Source of the DNA: Octopus sinensis
Lineage: Eukaryota
DNA length: 64,000 nucleotides
Direction of reading: 5' to 3'
Assembly (NCBI RefSeq): GCF_006345805.1
Contig: NC_043000.1
Coordinates: 109,988,001-110,052,000 of the forward strand
Under the pieces are notes generated by a model that saw only the letters and a list, made by a program, of their open reading frames with translations, was not told where the DNA came from and made no database searches. The position numbers and the translations under genes were made by a program. This document shows positions 53,433-64,000 of this stretch, piece after piece (positions within the stretch are counted from its first letter, which is position 1; every line of letters starts with the position of its first letter).

Positions 53433-53578
53433 TGTAGTGATGCTACTGTGTAAGGTTCAGCGCGCATGCGCAGAATGGGACTACTTCCGGGTGGCCACCG
53501 GAAGTCTTCCCCATGCGCATATGCGGGAAACTGACCCCTAAGGCACAGTCCACTCATTCACTCTCTCTGGCGCTTTCA
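53433..53578 (+). repeat. Truncated 5' LTR (146 bp)
   Basis: Matches 57320-57465 with 4 substitutions, then switches abruptly into gag sequence. Confidence 0.92.
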
Positions 53579-53580
53579 TA

Positions 53581-54061
53581 ATGAGTCCCCACCCTGACGC
53601 CACATACGCGTCAGTAAAGGCCGAAATCCTCCGCCGCAACACGCGGTCGGAGGAGAGTCAATTTAATGAACTAATGGCCGACGAACAGTTGGGGGACAGG
53701 ACTCCATCCCAGTTCCTGCGCCACCTAAGGGAGCTAAGCGGGAATGCAGCAGATGTGCCACTCTTGCGGAAGATATTCTTCTCCAGGTTGCCTGCCCACG
53801 TGCAGACAATGTTGGCGACGGCACTGGAGTCTGTGTCAGTAGACCAGATTGCCACGATGGCCAATAAAATATTAGAATTTTCGGGACCATCTCCATCGTG
53901 CGATTGGGCGCCGACCTTGCAGTCGTAGTCGCAGTGGCTCTGTTTCCCGTAGTCAGAGTGACTCTGTTTCTCGTTCCGGCTGGTGCTGGTACCATTCAAA
54001 GTATGCCGAAAAGGCAGAACAGTGTACCCAGCCGTGCACTTTCCAGCCCTTGGGAAACTAA
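53581..54061 (+). pseudogene. Disrupted gag: capsid part (53581-53900) and, after a frameshift, SR-rich linker plus CHCC knuckle
   Basis: ORF ..YASVKAEILRR..LGDRTPSQFLRHLREL..; the next frame gives [28 protein letters not shown] (C-X2-H-X9-C-X3-C) ending GGA AAC TAA at 54059-54061. Confidence 0.85.
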
Positions 54062-54092
54062 ATCCGGAGGAGGTGAGCACGTCACCTTCTTC
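54052..54092 (+). promoter_or_regulatory. Programmed -1 ribosomal frameshift signal
   Basis: Slippery G_GGA_AAC, 7-nt spacer, 11-bp stem GGAGGAGGTGA/TCACCTTCTCC with a 5-nt loop; pol is in the -1 frame relative to the gag end. Confidence 0.8.
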
Positions 54093-57000
54093 CTTCTCGT
54101 TTCCCAAAAATCGTGTGTTCTTTGTAAAAGATCTGGTGTCGAAGAAATTTTTCATGGTGGACACCGGCTCTTGTTGCAGCATTTGGCCCTTTCGTCTGAC
54201 TGCAGACAAGCCCAAGCGCTCTTCAATTGTCTTGCATGCCATTGACTCGTCTCCCTTCACCACCTTCGGTCAGATTTCGCTGCGCCTCGACATCAACCTT
54301 CGTCGAGATTTTCAATGGGTTTTCGTCATCGCTGACATCCCGCATCCTATTCTCGGCGCTGATTTCTTGGATAGGTTTAATCTATTGGTGGATGTCAGGC
54401 GTTGGAGGCTTCTTGATAGCACGACGTCGCTCTCTACGCCGACTGGGAGTTCCACCAATGCGGTCCTTAGCCTGACATTCTTTGTTGCCACCTATGGAGA
54501 CGCTTTTCACTCTCTTTTGGCCTCATTTCCGGAGCTAGTGGACATTGCCTTTCAACCGGAAAAGCCTACCCACTCGACCCTTCATTTTATCACCACCACT
54601 GGGCCACCTGTATTTTCGCGCCCACGGCGCCTTGCGCCTGACCGACTAAATACGGCTAGGGCCGAGTTTGAGCACATGCTTCAACTTGGCCTTATACGCC
54701 CCTCCACCAGCCCATGGGCGTCTCCCCTTCATTTGGCGCGAAAGGGCGAGTCTGATTTTCACCCCATAGGAGACTATCGACGCCTCAATGCCGTAACAAT
54801 AGCCGACAGGTATCCAATCAGAAATCTACAGGACTTTCTCCATGGTTGCACCATTTTTTCGAAGGTCGACCTTATACGTGCGTACCATCAAATACCGGTT
54901 AACCCAGCCGACGTTCTGAAAACTGAGATCACTACCCCTTTTGGGTGTTTTGAGTTTTTGTATATGAGTTTCGGTTTGTGGAATGCTACCAGCACTTTCC
55001 AGCGTTTCATTGATGAGGTTGTCCGCGGTCTTGATTTTGTGTTTGCCTATGTCGATGATATACTCATTGCGAGCGACACATGTGAAAATCATCTCCAGCA
55101 CCTTTCTCAGCTTTTTCAGCGTCTTCGCGCTTATAGTATACGCATAAATCCCGACAATTGTGTTTTCGGACGCTCTTCTCTAGATTTTCTAGGCCATCAT
55201 ATTGATTCGAGTGGAATCAGCCCTCTGTCATCAAAGGTCGATGCCATTCAACGCATCGCACCTCCCACTTCCTTGCACCAGCTCAGGCATTATCTAGGGA
55301 TGATCAATTTCTACAGACGTTTTATTCCCGGTTGTGCAGATAAGCTACTTCCTCTCACCAGGCTATTAAAGGACACTCCTAGAAAGGACGGTCAAGTCAC
55401 CCTCTCTGTTGAGGCACTGACAGCCTTTGAGTCCATTAAGAAGGAGCTGGCTTCTGTTTCTTTGCTTGCACATCCGGTTCCTGGTGCTTCTCTCTTTTTG
55501 ACTGTAGACGCATCGGACACTGCGATTGGCGCTGTGTTACAACACACAATGGATGATCATACTCGACCTCTGGCTTTCTTTTCCCGCCAACTGCAACCAG
55601 CTGAACGACGATACAGCACCTTTGACCGTGAGCTCCTAGCGATCTATCTATCGGTTCGTCATTTCCAGCATCAACTTGAAGGGCGAGATTTTGTGATCTA
55701 TACGGATCACAAGCCCCTTACATTTGCCCTGTGTTCAAAAACGGACAAACTCTCGCCTCATGCTTTCCGGCACCTGGATTTTATCTCTCAATTCACTAGT
55801 AACATTCGACACATACCTGGAAAAGAGAACATTCCTGCTGACGCTCTCTCTTGCCTTCCAGTCTGTGCCCTTTCGTCTCCTGCTGCTATCGACTTAACTG
55901 CCATCTTGCACGAGCAGCCACCTTTGGCGTCGTTAGACTTAACTTCTCCCAAGTTCTCCTGTTGCCAGTTTTCCTACCTTCCGCTTCCGTCAGCCGAAGG
56001 CACCATTCTCTGTGATACTTCCACTGTTTCTCCCAGGCCACTCGTGCCTGAGAATCATCAATGCTCAGTGTTTGAAGCACTGCACTCCTTATCACATCTT
56101 GGCATCGCTGCCACCCTTAAGCTGATCACTGCTCGGTTTTTCTGGCCGAATATACGTCACACTATTACTTCTTGGACACGCACCTGCTCCAAGTGTCAAC
56201 GGTCCAAGATTCAACGGCACGTTCATGCCCCGCTTGGACATTTTCCCCCTACGGAGGCCCGTTTTCGCCATGTCCACATCGATCTGGTTGGACCATGGCC
56301 TATGAGTCGTGGGTTTTCTTATCTGTTAACTTGTGTCAATCGTTTCTCCCGCTGGCCAGAAGCCATTCTGATAGCAGACATTTCTGCTGAGACTGTTGTG
56401 CGAGCCTTCGTTTCAAACTGGATTTCCCGTTTCGGAGTCCCATCCAGATTGACTACTGATCGTGGACGTCAGTTTGAAGCTTCGCTATTTCGCGAATTGT
56501 CACGCATTTTAGGTGTGCATCATATCCACACTACCAGCTATCATCCAGCGTCTAATGGATTAGTTGAACGGTTCCATAGACAGCTCAAGGCCGCTCTTCG
56601 TGCCTCTTCAAATCCACAGTCCTGGATTGAATTTCTGCCAATTGTGCTTCTCGGTTGTCACACTGCTGTCAAGGCAGACCTGGGGTTTTCTTCTGCAGAG
56701 CTACTGTATGGTACCACACTGGCATTGTCTGGTACGATGTTGGTGCCAGACACTGCCCAGCCCCATGATCCGGCGACCTATGTCGCCAGACTGCGTTCAT
56801 ATTTCTCAAATCTTCCACCCATGGTTCCCAGGAAACAATCTCCACCATCCCATCTCCCACCGGATATGGACACTTGGTCGCATGTTTTTGTTCGGGACGA
56901 CTCTGTCAAGGGACCACTTGTTTCTCCCTATAAAGGACCTTTCTGTGTGCTTTCTCGCACACCTAAGGTTTTCACCATTGAAATAAATGGTCATTCGGAG

Positions 57001-57219
57001 ACCGTTTCCGTGGACCGACTGAAGAAAGCATACTTTGAGACGTCTTCATCTTTTGATGACAACCTTGCCACACCCACCTATGCACCTTTAACAACACCTT
57101 CACCTGCACAGACACCTTTGCCTTCACCGTCAACGGGTGCCCCGAGCACACCGTATGTTACAAGATCGGGCAGAACAGTGCATTGGCCCAAGAAACTCTC
57201 AAAGACAATTTATATTTAA
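54052..57219 (+). CDS. Gypsy pol polyprotein (PR-RT-RNaseH-IN), open frame, probably expressed by -1 frameshift
   Basis: MVDTGS (PR), SPWASPL..GDYRRLN..YVDDIL (RT), VDASD..DRELLAI..TDHKPL (RH), [27 protein letters not shown] (IN DDE), PYKGPF (GPY/F). No internal stop. Confidence 0.93.
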   Translation, partial: GKLNPEEVSTSPSSFSFPKNRVFFVKDLVSKKFFMVDTGSCCSIWPFRLTADKPKRSSIVLHAIDSSPFTTFGQISLRLDINLRRDFQWVFVIADIPHPILGADFLDRFNLLVDVRRWRLLDSTTSLSTPTGSSTNAVLSLTFFVATYGDAFHSLLASFPELVDIAFQPEKPTHSTLHFITTTGPPVFSRPRRLAPDRLNTARAEFEHMLQLGLIRPSTSPWASPLHLARKGESDFHPIGDYRRLNAVTIADRYPIRNLQDFLHGCTIFSKVDLIRAYHQIPVNPADVLKTEITTPFGCFEFLYMSFGLWNATSTFQRFIDEVVRGLDFVFAYVDDILIASDTCENHLQHLSQLFQRLRAYSIRINPDNCVFGRSSLDFLGHHIDSSGISPLSSKVDAIQRIAPPTSLHQLRHYLGMINFYRRFIPGCADKLLPLTRLLKDTPRKDGQVTLSVEALTAFESIKKELASVSLLAHPVPGASLFLTVDASDTAIGAVLQHTMDDHTRPLAFFSRQLQPAERRYSTFDRELLAIYLSVRHFQHQLEGRDFVIYTDHKPLTFALCSKTDKLSPHAFRHLDFISQFTSNIRHIPGKENIPADALSCLPVCALSSPAAIDLTAILHEQPPLASLDLTSPKFSCCQFSYLPLPSAEGTILCDTSTVSPRPLVPENHQCSVFEALHSLSHLGIAATLKLITARFFWPNIRHTITSWTRTCSKCQRSKIQRHVHAPLGHFPPTEARFRHVHIDLVGPWPMSRGFSYLLTCVNRFSRWPEAILIADISAETVVRAFVSNWISRFGVPSRLTTDRGRQFEASLFRELSRILGVHHIHTTSYHPASNGLVERFHRQLKAALRASSNPQSWIEFLPIVLLGCHTAVKADLGFSSAELLYGTTLALSGTMLVPDTAQPHDPATYVARLRSYFSNLPPMVPRKQSPPSHLPPDMDTWSHVFVRDDSVKGPLVSPYKGPFCVLSRTPKVFTIEINGHSETVSVDRLKKAYFETSSSFDDNLATPTYAPLTTPSPAQTPLPSPSTGAPSTPYVTRSGRTVHWPKKLSKTIYI

Positions 57220-57319
57220 CTTTCTTTCAAATTTCTGTTGGGATCGGCAAGCCATCTGTTTTTCTGCAGCACCACTACAAATTTTCTTGTTTTCGTATTC
57301 CGCACTCGAGGGGGAGCCA

Positions 57320-57739
57320 TGTAGTGACGCTACTGTGTAAGGTTCAGCGCACATGCGCAGAATGGGACTACTTCCGGGTGGCCACCGGAAGTCTTCCCCA
57401 TGCGCATGTGCGGGAAACTGATCCCTAAGGCACAGTCCACTCATTCACTCTCTCTGGCGCTTTCAGCCCTCGTGAACAGACATGCATTTGGTAGTCTGAG
57501 AACTCTACACCGGCTTAGCAACAGACCACATCGAATCACTTCAATCAACCAACAAGAAGCAGTACAAAGATTCGGCTGTCGTTTCCCCTCAGAAAATACG
57601 CACACCATCACGAGTAATAAACAACAATTTGCTGTCTTTCCCAGATAACCTGACTTTGTCTGTTATATCTAACTAAATTGAATGTGACGGGATCGGATCG
57701 GACACCCCTTCAGTGATACCGATTCCAGATCCTGTTACA
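57320..57739 (+). repeat. Complete 3' LTR (420 bp)
   Basis: Starts TGTAGTGA just after the PPT and ends CCTGTTACA before the TSD. Confidence 0.88.
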
Positions 57740-57837
57740 CATACATTTTATATATGTGTGTGTATGAAATAAGTCTTTTGAAATGCTGGAGCCTAAAGCA
57801 TATAAGTTACAAAGAATAACATGAAAATATTAGATAG

Positions 57838-59748
57838 AATAGCCCAACTAATTAGGGACGGAGTCAGTCTAGGTGAGATGCAGTTTGGTTTTGTGCCAGG
57901 CAGAAGCACCACTGATGCTATACTTCTGGTAAGCTAACTGCAGGAAAAATATTTAGCCAAAGATAAACCTTTGTACTTGGCTTTTGTTGACATGGAGAAA
58001 GCCTTTGACAGGGTTCCCCGATTCCTTATCTGGTGGTCAATGCAGAAACTGGGGATAGATGAGTGGTTGGTAAGAACTGTACAAGCCCTGTACAGGGATG
58101 CTGTCAGTAAGGTGAGGGTTGGCAACGAGTATAGTGGAGAATTCCAAGCAGAAGTTCACCAAGGATCAGCCCTCAGACCCCTCTTATTCATCATAGTCCT
58201 CCAGGCAATAACAGAGGAATTCAAGACAGGTTGCCCCTGGGAGCTCCTCTATGCTGATGACCTTGCTCTAATAGCTGAGTCACTGCCAGAACTAGTGACA
58301 AAGTTTAGGCTGTGGAAGCAAGATCTAGAATTGAAGGGCCTCAGGGTTAACGAAGCAAAAACCAAAGTCTTAGAAAGTAGGAAGGCTAACAAATCACAAT
58401 CCCCTTGAGGTAGATGGCCCTGCTCAATCTGTAGAAAAGGCATGGGTAGAAACTCCATATGATGTACCCAGTGTAAACTACGGACACATAAAAGGTGCAG
58501 CAATATGAAAGGAAGGTTGACTGGGAAGATAGTTTTTGTGTGTGGCAGATGCACTGGGACAATAAACACTGAAGATGTACACAAAACTGATTCCATCACA
58601 TGTCGGGGTGGGAGACTAGAAGTAGTTAATAGGTTCTGCTACCTAGGTGACCAAGTCTGTAGTGGGGGTGATTGCTCCAAGAGTGTAGCAGCTATTATAA
58701 GAATAGCCTGGGCAAAGTTCAGGAGCTCCTACCTCTGCTGGCAACTAAGGGCCTCTCACTCAGGGTGAAAGGTAGACTGTATGATGTATGTGTGTGAACT
58801 GCCATGCTACACGGCAGTGTAACATGGGCCATGACTGCTGAGGGCATGCGTAAGCTTGAAAGAAATGAAGCTAGTATGATCTGCTGGATGTGTAATGTCA
58901 GTGTGCATACACAACAGAGTGTAAGTGCCCTGAGAGAAAAGTTGGGCATAAGAAGCATCATATGTGGTGTGCAAGAGAGGTGACTGCACTGGTATGGTCA
59001 TGTATTATGTATGGATGAGGACAGCTGTGTGAGGAAGTGCCACTCCCTAACTGTGGAAGAGGTAGACCCAGGAAAACAAGGGATGAGGTAGTAAAGCAAT
59101 GACATCAGATTGAGACCTTTGGAGATATGCTGTGATTGAGAAGACCTGGCAACTAAAGTGAGATTGCTGCTATGCATGTCCAGCCCATTTAAGAATACCC
59201 CTGATGCATTGGACAATATGATATGCTTGAGAAGAGCTGTTGAGCCAAGTAAAAACCAGTATCGGAGCAGTGACAAGTGCCCCCTGACTAGCTCCCATGC
59301 TAGTGGCACACAAAAAGCAACACCCAAACATGGCTGATGCCAGTACCCCTTGACTGGCTCCTATGCTGGTGGCACGTTACAAGTACCATCCAAATGTGAC
59401 AGATGCCAGTACCCCCTAGCTGGTTCCTGTGCCAGTGGCACGTAAAAAGTACCATCTGAACATGGCTGATGCCAGTACCCCTTAACTGGCTCCCGTGCCG
59501 GTGGCACATAAAAAGCTCTATCCGAATGTGATAGATGCCAGGCTTGCTTGACTGGCTCCTGTGCTGGTGGCACATAAAAAGCACCCCCTACACTCTCAGA
59601 GTGGTTGGCATTAGGAAGGGCATCCAGCTGTAGAAACTTTGCCAGGGCAGATTGGAGCCTGGTGCAGCCGTTGGCTCACCAGACCTCAGTCAAACTGTCC
59701 AACCCATGCCAGCATGGAAAGCAGACGTTAAACAATGATGATGATGAT
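57838..59748 (+). mobile_element. 5'-truncated, degenerate RTE-clade LINE (RT, 3' UTR, (GAT)n tail)
   Basis: One frame reads QFGFVPGRSTTDAI..LAFVDMEKAFDRVP..VHQGSALRPLLF..LLYADDL..GLRVNEAKTKV..FCYLGD, with premature stops (e.g. 58406) and later frameshifts. It is followed by a 66-bp tandem array and the terminal CCAACCCATGCCAGCATGGAAAGCAGACGTTAAACAATGATGATGAT. Confidence 0.9.
59270..59585 (+). repeat. 66-bp tandem repeat (about five units) in the RTE 3' UTR
   Basis: GATGCC recurs at 59336, 59402, 59468 and 59534. Confidence 0.9.
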
Positions 59749-60009
59749 ATATATATATATATTTTTTTTTTTAAGGTACATGGCTCAATGGTTAGGGCAT
59801 CAGGCACACAATGATGAGATTGTGAGTGATTCCTGGATTTGGCTGTGTATTGTTCTTGAGCAAGACACTTTATTTCATGTTGCTCCAGTTCACTCAGCTG
59901 CAGAAAAAGCCCAACTATTGGTACCTCTCCATTGATTGCTGCTTGGTCTGACAATCATAATGATGAAGACAAGTTTCATCTATGGTGAATTAAAGAGCCA
60001 TAAAACCAG

Positions 60010-60425
60010 CCTCTCCCACTGCAAACCAGTCCAAAATCTCCTTGATGTTGTCAGTCTGATGTGCTTCTGATCTGCATTCAAGCATTTTGACACCCATTTT
60101 CACGAAAGTTTTCTCATATCCAGAATGTTGTGAATGATATGGCCAACTCCTTTGCAGGAAATCCCCAGAGTTCCAATCATGGCTTTAGCTGAGACTCTGG
60201 CAGTCCTCAAAAATCATGAGATGTACAGTGTCGGCTTTGTACTCTGTGGTTGCAGAAGCTGGCTGCCCTCCTGACCAGGGTTCATCTGTGACCTCAAAAT
60301 GACCAGTCTGAAACCTTGACACCCAGATTTCCATTGTGGGTAGCCATTCTTCAAAACTTTCTTCATCTCACCATGGATTTCCACCACTTCTCAGCCTTGC
60401 AAAAAAAAGGAACATGACCGGACAT
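60010..60425 (-). mobile_element. Mariner transposase N-terminal fragment (pseudogene)
   Basis: Minus-strand relics IWVSRFQTGHFEVTDEPWSG and VGHIIHNILDMRKLS*KWVSKCLNADQK (HTH region and WVPHEL-equivalent linker). Confidence 0.75.
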
Positions 60426-60738
60426 GCTTCAGTTTTACCAAAATAAACTGTAGAAGCTGCTACCATGCATTAAATCGACAAAAAAGAGAAAGCTATATTG
60501 TATACCATAAAGATTTTTTGCAGGCCCTCTCCTAAATATTTGTCCTACCTCCCTGTAAAGGTAACAGCTCTACCCTTAAAACCAAGAACATCTCATCACC
60601 CCCTTGTATAGATAGATAAAACGGATAAATAATTGAAAGTTTATTGAAGTCACTTAACTTTTAGGTTGTACTTAACAAAATAATGGAGATGTTCTTGCAT
60701 AGCAAGTGATTTGATCCGAGATCGTGTGCTGAAACAAA

Positions 60739-61013
60739 AACAATTGCAGTGTGGAAGGTGTTTGTAAGTCATTTAAGAAACACAGAAAAGCCGTTCAATT
60801 CACTTCAACATTTAAGTTTAATTTATCAAAATATTTTCGTCGCTATAAGACCGCGACCTGTTCACTGATGCAGCACGGATTTTTGTCAGTGAACAGGTTG
60901 CAGTTATAGCGACGAAAATATTTTGACAAATTAAACTTAAATGTTGAAGTGAATCGAACGGCTTTTGTGTGTTTCTTAAATGGCTTACAAACACCTTCCA
61001 CGCTGCAATTGTT
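60739..61013. repeat. Second copy of the ~270-bp palindromic element
   Basis: Same arms as 41924-42191, with copy-specific substitutions. Confidence 0.85.
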
Positions 61014-61902
61014 AACAAAATAACTTGTGCCTCAAATAATTTAACATATACATATCTTTATAACCCACAAGGGGCTAAACACAGAGAGGACAAACAGGGA
61101 CAGACAAATGGATTAAATTGATTACATCAACCCCGGTGCGTAACTGGTACTTAATTTATCGACCCCAAAAGGATGAAAAGTAAAGTCGACCTCAGTGGAA
61201 TTTGAACTCAGAACGTAACAGCAGACGAAATATGGCTACGCATTTCGCCCGGCGTGCTAACGTTTCTGCCAGCTCGCCACCCTTTGCCTCAAATAATTTA
61301 ACATATAGGCACAGACAGGACTGTGTGGTTTAAAAGTCCACTTTGCAACCATGACAGCAACACTCATTTACAACCATGATGAAATATCACGGTAAAGAGA
61401 TAGTAACACACAGGCACTTCATCATTATCATCATCATTTAACGTCCATTGTCCATGCTGGCATGGTTTGGACGGTTTGACCAGAGCTGGCAAGCTAACAA
61501 CGGCACCAAACTCCAATCTTACTCAGCATGGTCTCCACCACTTGGTGCACTTCCTAATGCCAAACATGTTACAGAGTGCTCTTACATGGCAAGGGTGCTC
61601 TTTATGTGGCCCCGGCACCCATGAGCCCACAAGATTCAGATCACTCAGCTGAAGAGGGATTTAGGGGACATGCCCTCCTGTAAGGACAGCCATGGTTTTA
61701 CTTAGCTTGATATGTCTTCTCAAGCACAGCAAACCACCAACACTCTCAGTCCCTTTTCATTCTCTCTGTGAAGCCCAATGTCGGGAGATCCCTTAACACC
61801 ATTCTGTCCTTTATATATAAATAGAAATAATTAAGATTCAGTTGAATTAGGCAATTAAGTTGAAGCAGAAAGTCAGTCAGTCTGGTATTACCTGCACGCT
61901 TA

Positions 61903-61946
<44 letters not shown>

Positions 61947-63611
61947 GGAATACAAAAAATGGGACAAGAATGCAAAACATCCAGACAGCTAGGTGATAAA
62001 AAAAAAGGGACAAGAAAATACAAGGATGGGTCATTCATAGTTTCTTTCTTCAGTTGAGTTCCAGATTATCTTTGCAAATTTCAGCTGGTTATATACTTGA
62101 GATTGCTCCAGTCTGGCCAGCTCCAAGGAAAAACTAAGCTAAGAGCACTAGATTCCTTGGAAAAAAAGCAGCAAATGTATACGAAAACAATATATATATA
62201 TATGATGTACTTCTTTCAGTTGCTGTCTATCAAATCCACTCAAGGCTTTGGTCGACCCACAGCTATGATAGAAGACACTTGCTCAAGGTGCCACACAGTG
62301 GGACTGAACTCAAAGCCACATGGCTGGAATGCTAACTTCTTGCCACATGGCTATGCCTGTGCCTGTATATGGTGCGCGTGTGCATGCATGCATGGATATA
62401 TGTCTGTGTGTTTGTATCCCCTCGTCTTGACATCTAGTGGTAGTTGTAAAAAAGCGAATGCACTGTCATATAAGCAGTGTCCTTCCTTTACAATCTTCTG
62501 GAAAAACATATCTGTCCATGGGAAACTATTACTTCACTTTGAAGCAACAGAAAATTGGCGACAATAAGGGCATTAGTCAGAGAAGATCTACAACAAATTC
62601 TGTCTGAGCTATGCAAGTATAGAAAAGTGGATGTTAAAACAATGATGAATTTGGAGAATTGTGTGATTGGGTTAATTTCTAAAGAACTCAAAATCCTACC
62701 AAGACGAATGAAATTGTAACAGAAGACACGAGTCAATTATGGAACTAAAGAGATACCTCTGCCCTTAAAGGCCCTTTAAAGTTTTGAGGTGGAAAAGAAT
62801 TTTGAGATTTCAGGAGATATGTATGAACTTCTTACCGTAACAATATTTTGGGGGGAGGGGATGGGTACTGTCCCCCCCCCCACCAGCAATCTTACTAGAA
62901 AAGAGAAGAGAAAAAAAGGAAATAATGCGTCTTAAGTTGAAACATTGACTTTTGACAATTCTTGTTTCAACCGAGGGTATTACTAACACCCAGCAGAGGA
63001 GATTTTGATGAAAACAGAAACTGTAACCGAAACATTAAGAGTCTAAGTGACACGTGTCTACGCAAAGTGTGGCCGGACAACATGGAGAGAGAGAGAGATG
63101 ACTTGTTTTTTTGTTTCCTTTACAAAAGTGAACAGCTAAAAATGCAGTGAACCAATGTGAAAGAGCGTCTATGTGGTCGTTTGCTTTAAATAAATAAACA
63201 GCAATGCTCTCTTAACCCTCTACTTGTCCGAAACAATTTCATAAGTTTGTCGTAAAGGTCCATGCTTGTTTTCAGACTTCTGGTCAGCTCCTGTTTCATG
63301 TCCACAGAAATATGAAGCTTTCCTCTCAGAAGTCCCGAGTTACTCCGTAGTTGAGAGAAAAAAATGGGAATGTGTATCAAGAATGATACATGGACAACGG
63401 GGAAAGATATATCCTGTGTGTCAGGAGACACGAGAGGCAAAGGTTTAAGCACACCCTACCGCCTTAAAAGGAAAAAAATGGACATGTTGGATTAAATAGC
63501 TCGAGGTATACTTATGTCCGAATAAAAAACGGAATACCAAGTGGATAACAATGGGACTGAACAACAACCAGTTCGGCCAGAGAGGAAAATTTATTAAAAA
63601 TAATATTCAGT

Positions 63612-63972
63612 AACGCAGGAGTGGCTGTGTGGTAAGTAGCTTGCTAACCAACCACATGTTCCGGGTTCAGTCCCACTGCGTGGCATCTTCGGCAAATGTC
63701 TTCTGCTATAGCTCCGGGCTGACCAATGCCTTGTGAGTGGATTTGGTAGACGGAAACTGAAAGAAGCCTGTCGTATATATATATATATAGTGTGTTTGCT
63801 TGACAACCGATGCTGGTGTGTTTACGCCCCCGTCACTTAGCGGTTCGGCAAAATAGACCGATAGAATAAGTACTGGGCTTACAAAGAATAAGTCCCGGGG
63901 TCGATTTGCTCGACTAAAGGCGGTGCCCCAGCATGGCCGCAGTCAAATGACTGAAACAAGTAAAAGAGTAAA
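63612..63972 (+). mobile_element. Family A SINE copy, young-looking
   Basis: GTGGCTGTGTGG...GGGTTCAGTCCC...TTCGGCAAATGT...CAGCATGGCCGCAGTCAAATGACTGAAACAAGTAAAAGAG. Confidence 0.88.
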
Positions 63973-64000
63973 ATGCGATAATATTTTATGCTTTGCATTA

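Larger units (their letters stand above)
53433..57739 (+). mobile_element. Ty3/Gypsy LTR retrotransposon, CsRN1-type, with deleted 5' LTR 3' part, PBS and gag start
   Basis: TGTAG...TTACA termini, 4-bp TSD CATA (53429-53432 and 57740-57743), PPT GAGGGGGAG (57308-57316), domain order gag-PR-RT-RH-IN, CHCC gag knuckle. Confidence 0.93.

Noticed and set aside
53658-57444. Antisense and alternate-frame ORFs over the retrotransposon (e.g. 53658-54263 minus, 201 aa)
   Set aside because: Shadows of the gag/pol coding sequence and GC-rich LTR; no recognisable motifs.
59270-59585. CRISPR-like appearance of the palindromic 66-bp array (also 1740-2000 and 19030-19330)
   Set aside because: Eukaryotic context, no unique spacers, no cas genes; it is part of a LINE 3' UTR.
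62030-62060. Minus-strand CTGAAGA-AA-GAAAC
   Set aside because: Stem II is absent, so it cannot fold; kept only as a possible relic.
62960-63460. E-box palindrome GACACGTGTC (63049-63058) and nearby short ORFs as a possible promoter or exon
   Set aside because: A single short motif is expected by chance; no splice or homology support.
63612-63700. Possible tRNA genes at SINE heads (also 11216, 40657, 52460)
   Set aside because: A/B boxes are present but there is no complete cloverleaf, and each continues into a SINE body.

Overview
Eukaryotic, AT-rich, repeat-dense genomic DNA. The SINE, LINE and microsatellite content suggests a coleoid cephalopod, most likely an octopus (inference). Positions 899-39241 (+) hold the last 19 coding exons of a KIAA0319/KIAA0319L (AAVR) orthologue. 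I assembled them by hand with consistent GT-AG phases into 757 aa: Thr-rich linker, five PKD domains, membrane-proximal region, Cys-rich EGF-like module, TM helix, and a tail with a YxxL motif. The 5' end lies upstream of the window. The rest is intronic or intergenic repeat: tRNA-headed SINEs, many 3' ends of an RTE LINE plus one long RTE copy, mariner remnants, piggyBac-type MITEs, foldback elements and kb-long TA/TG arrays. There is also a Ty3/Gypsy (CsRN1-type) LTR retrotransposon at 53433-57739 with an open pol. Main unannotated signals: (1) a fully canonical type I hammerhead ribozyme (31562-31668, GUC site) inside a TIR-bounded element, on the sense strand of the intron before the TM exon; (2) further hammerhead-like cores in palindromic elements, including a tRNA-headed one; (3) a complete -1 frameshift cassette in the Gypsy element; (4) a PHD finger inside the RTE reverse transcriptase; (5) a 600-bp AAAATTTT-tract array inserted in a LINE 3' UTR; (6) an identical 180-bp direct repeat flanking the in-frame TM exon. 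All structures were read by eye; nothing was computed or searched.
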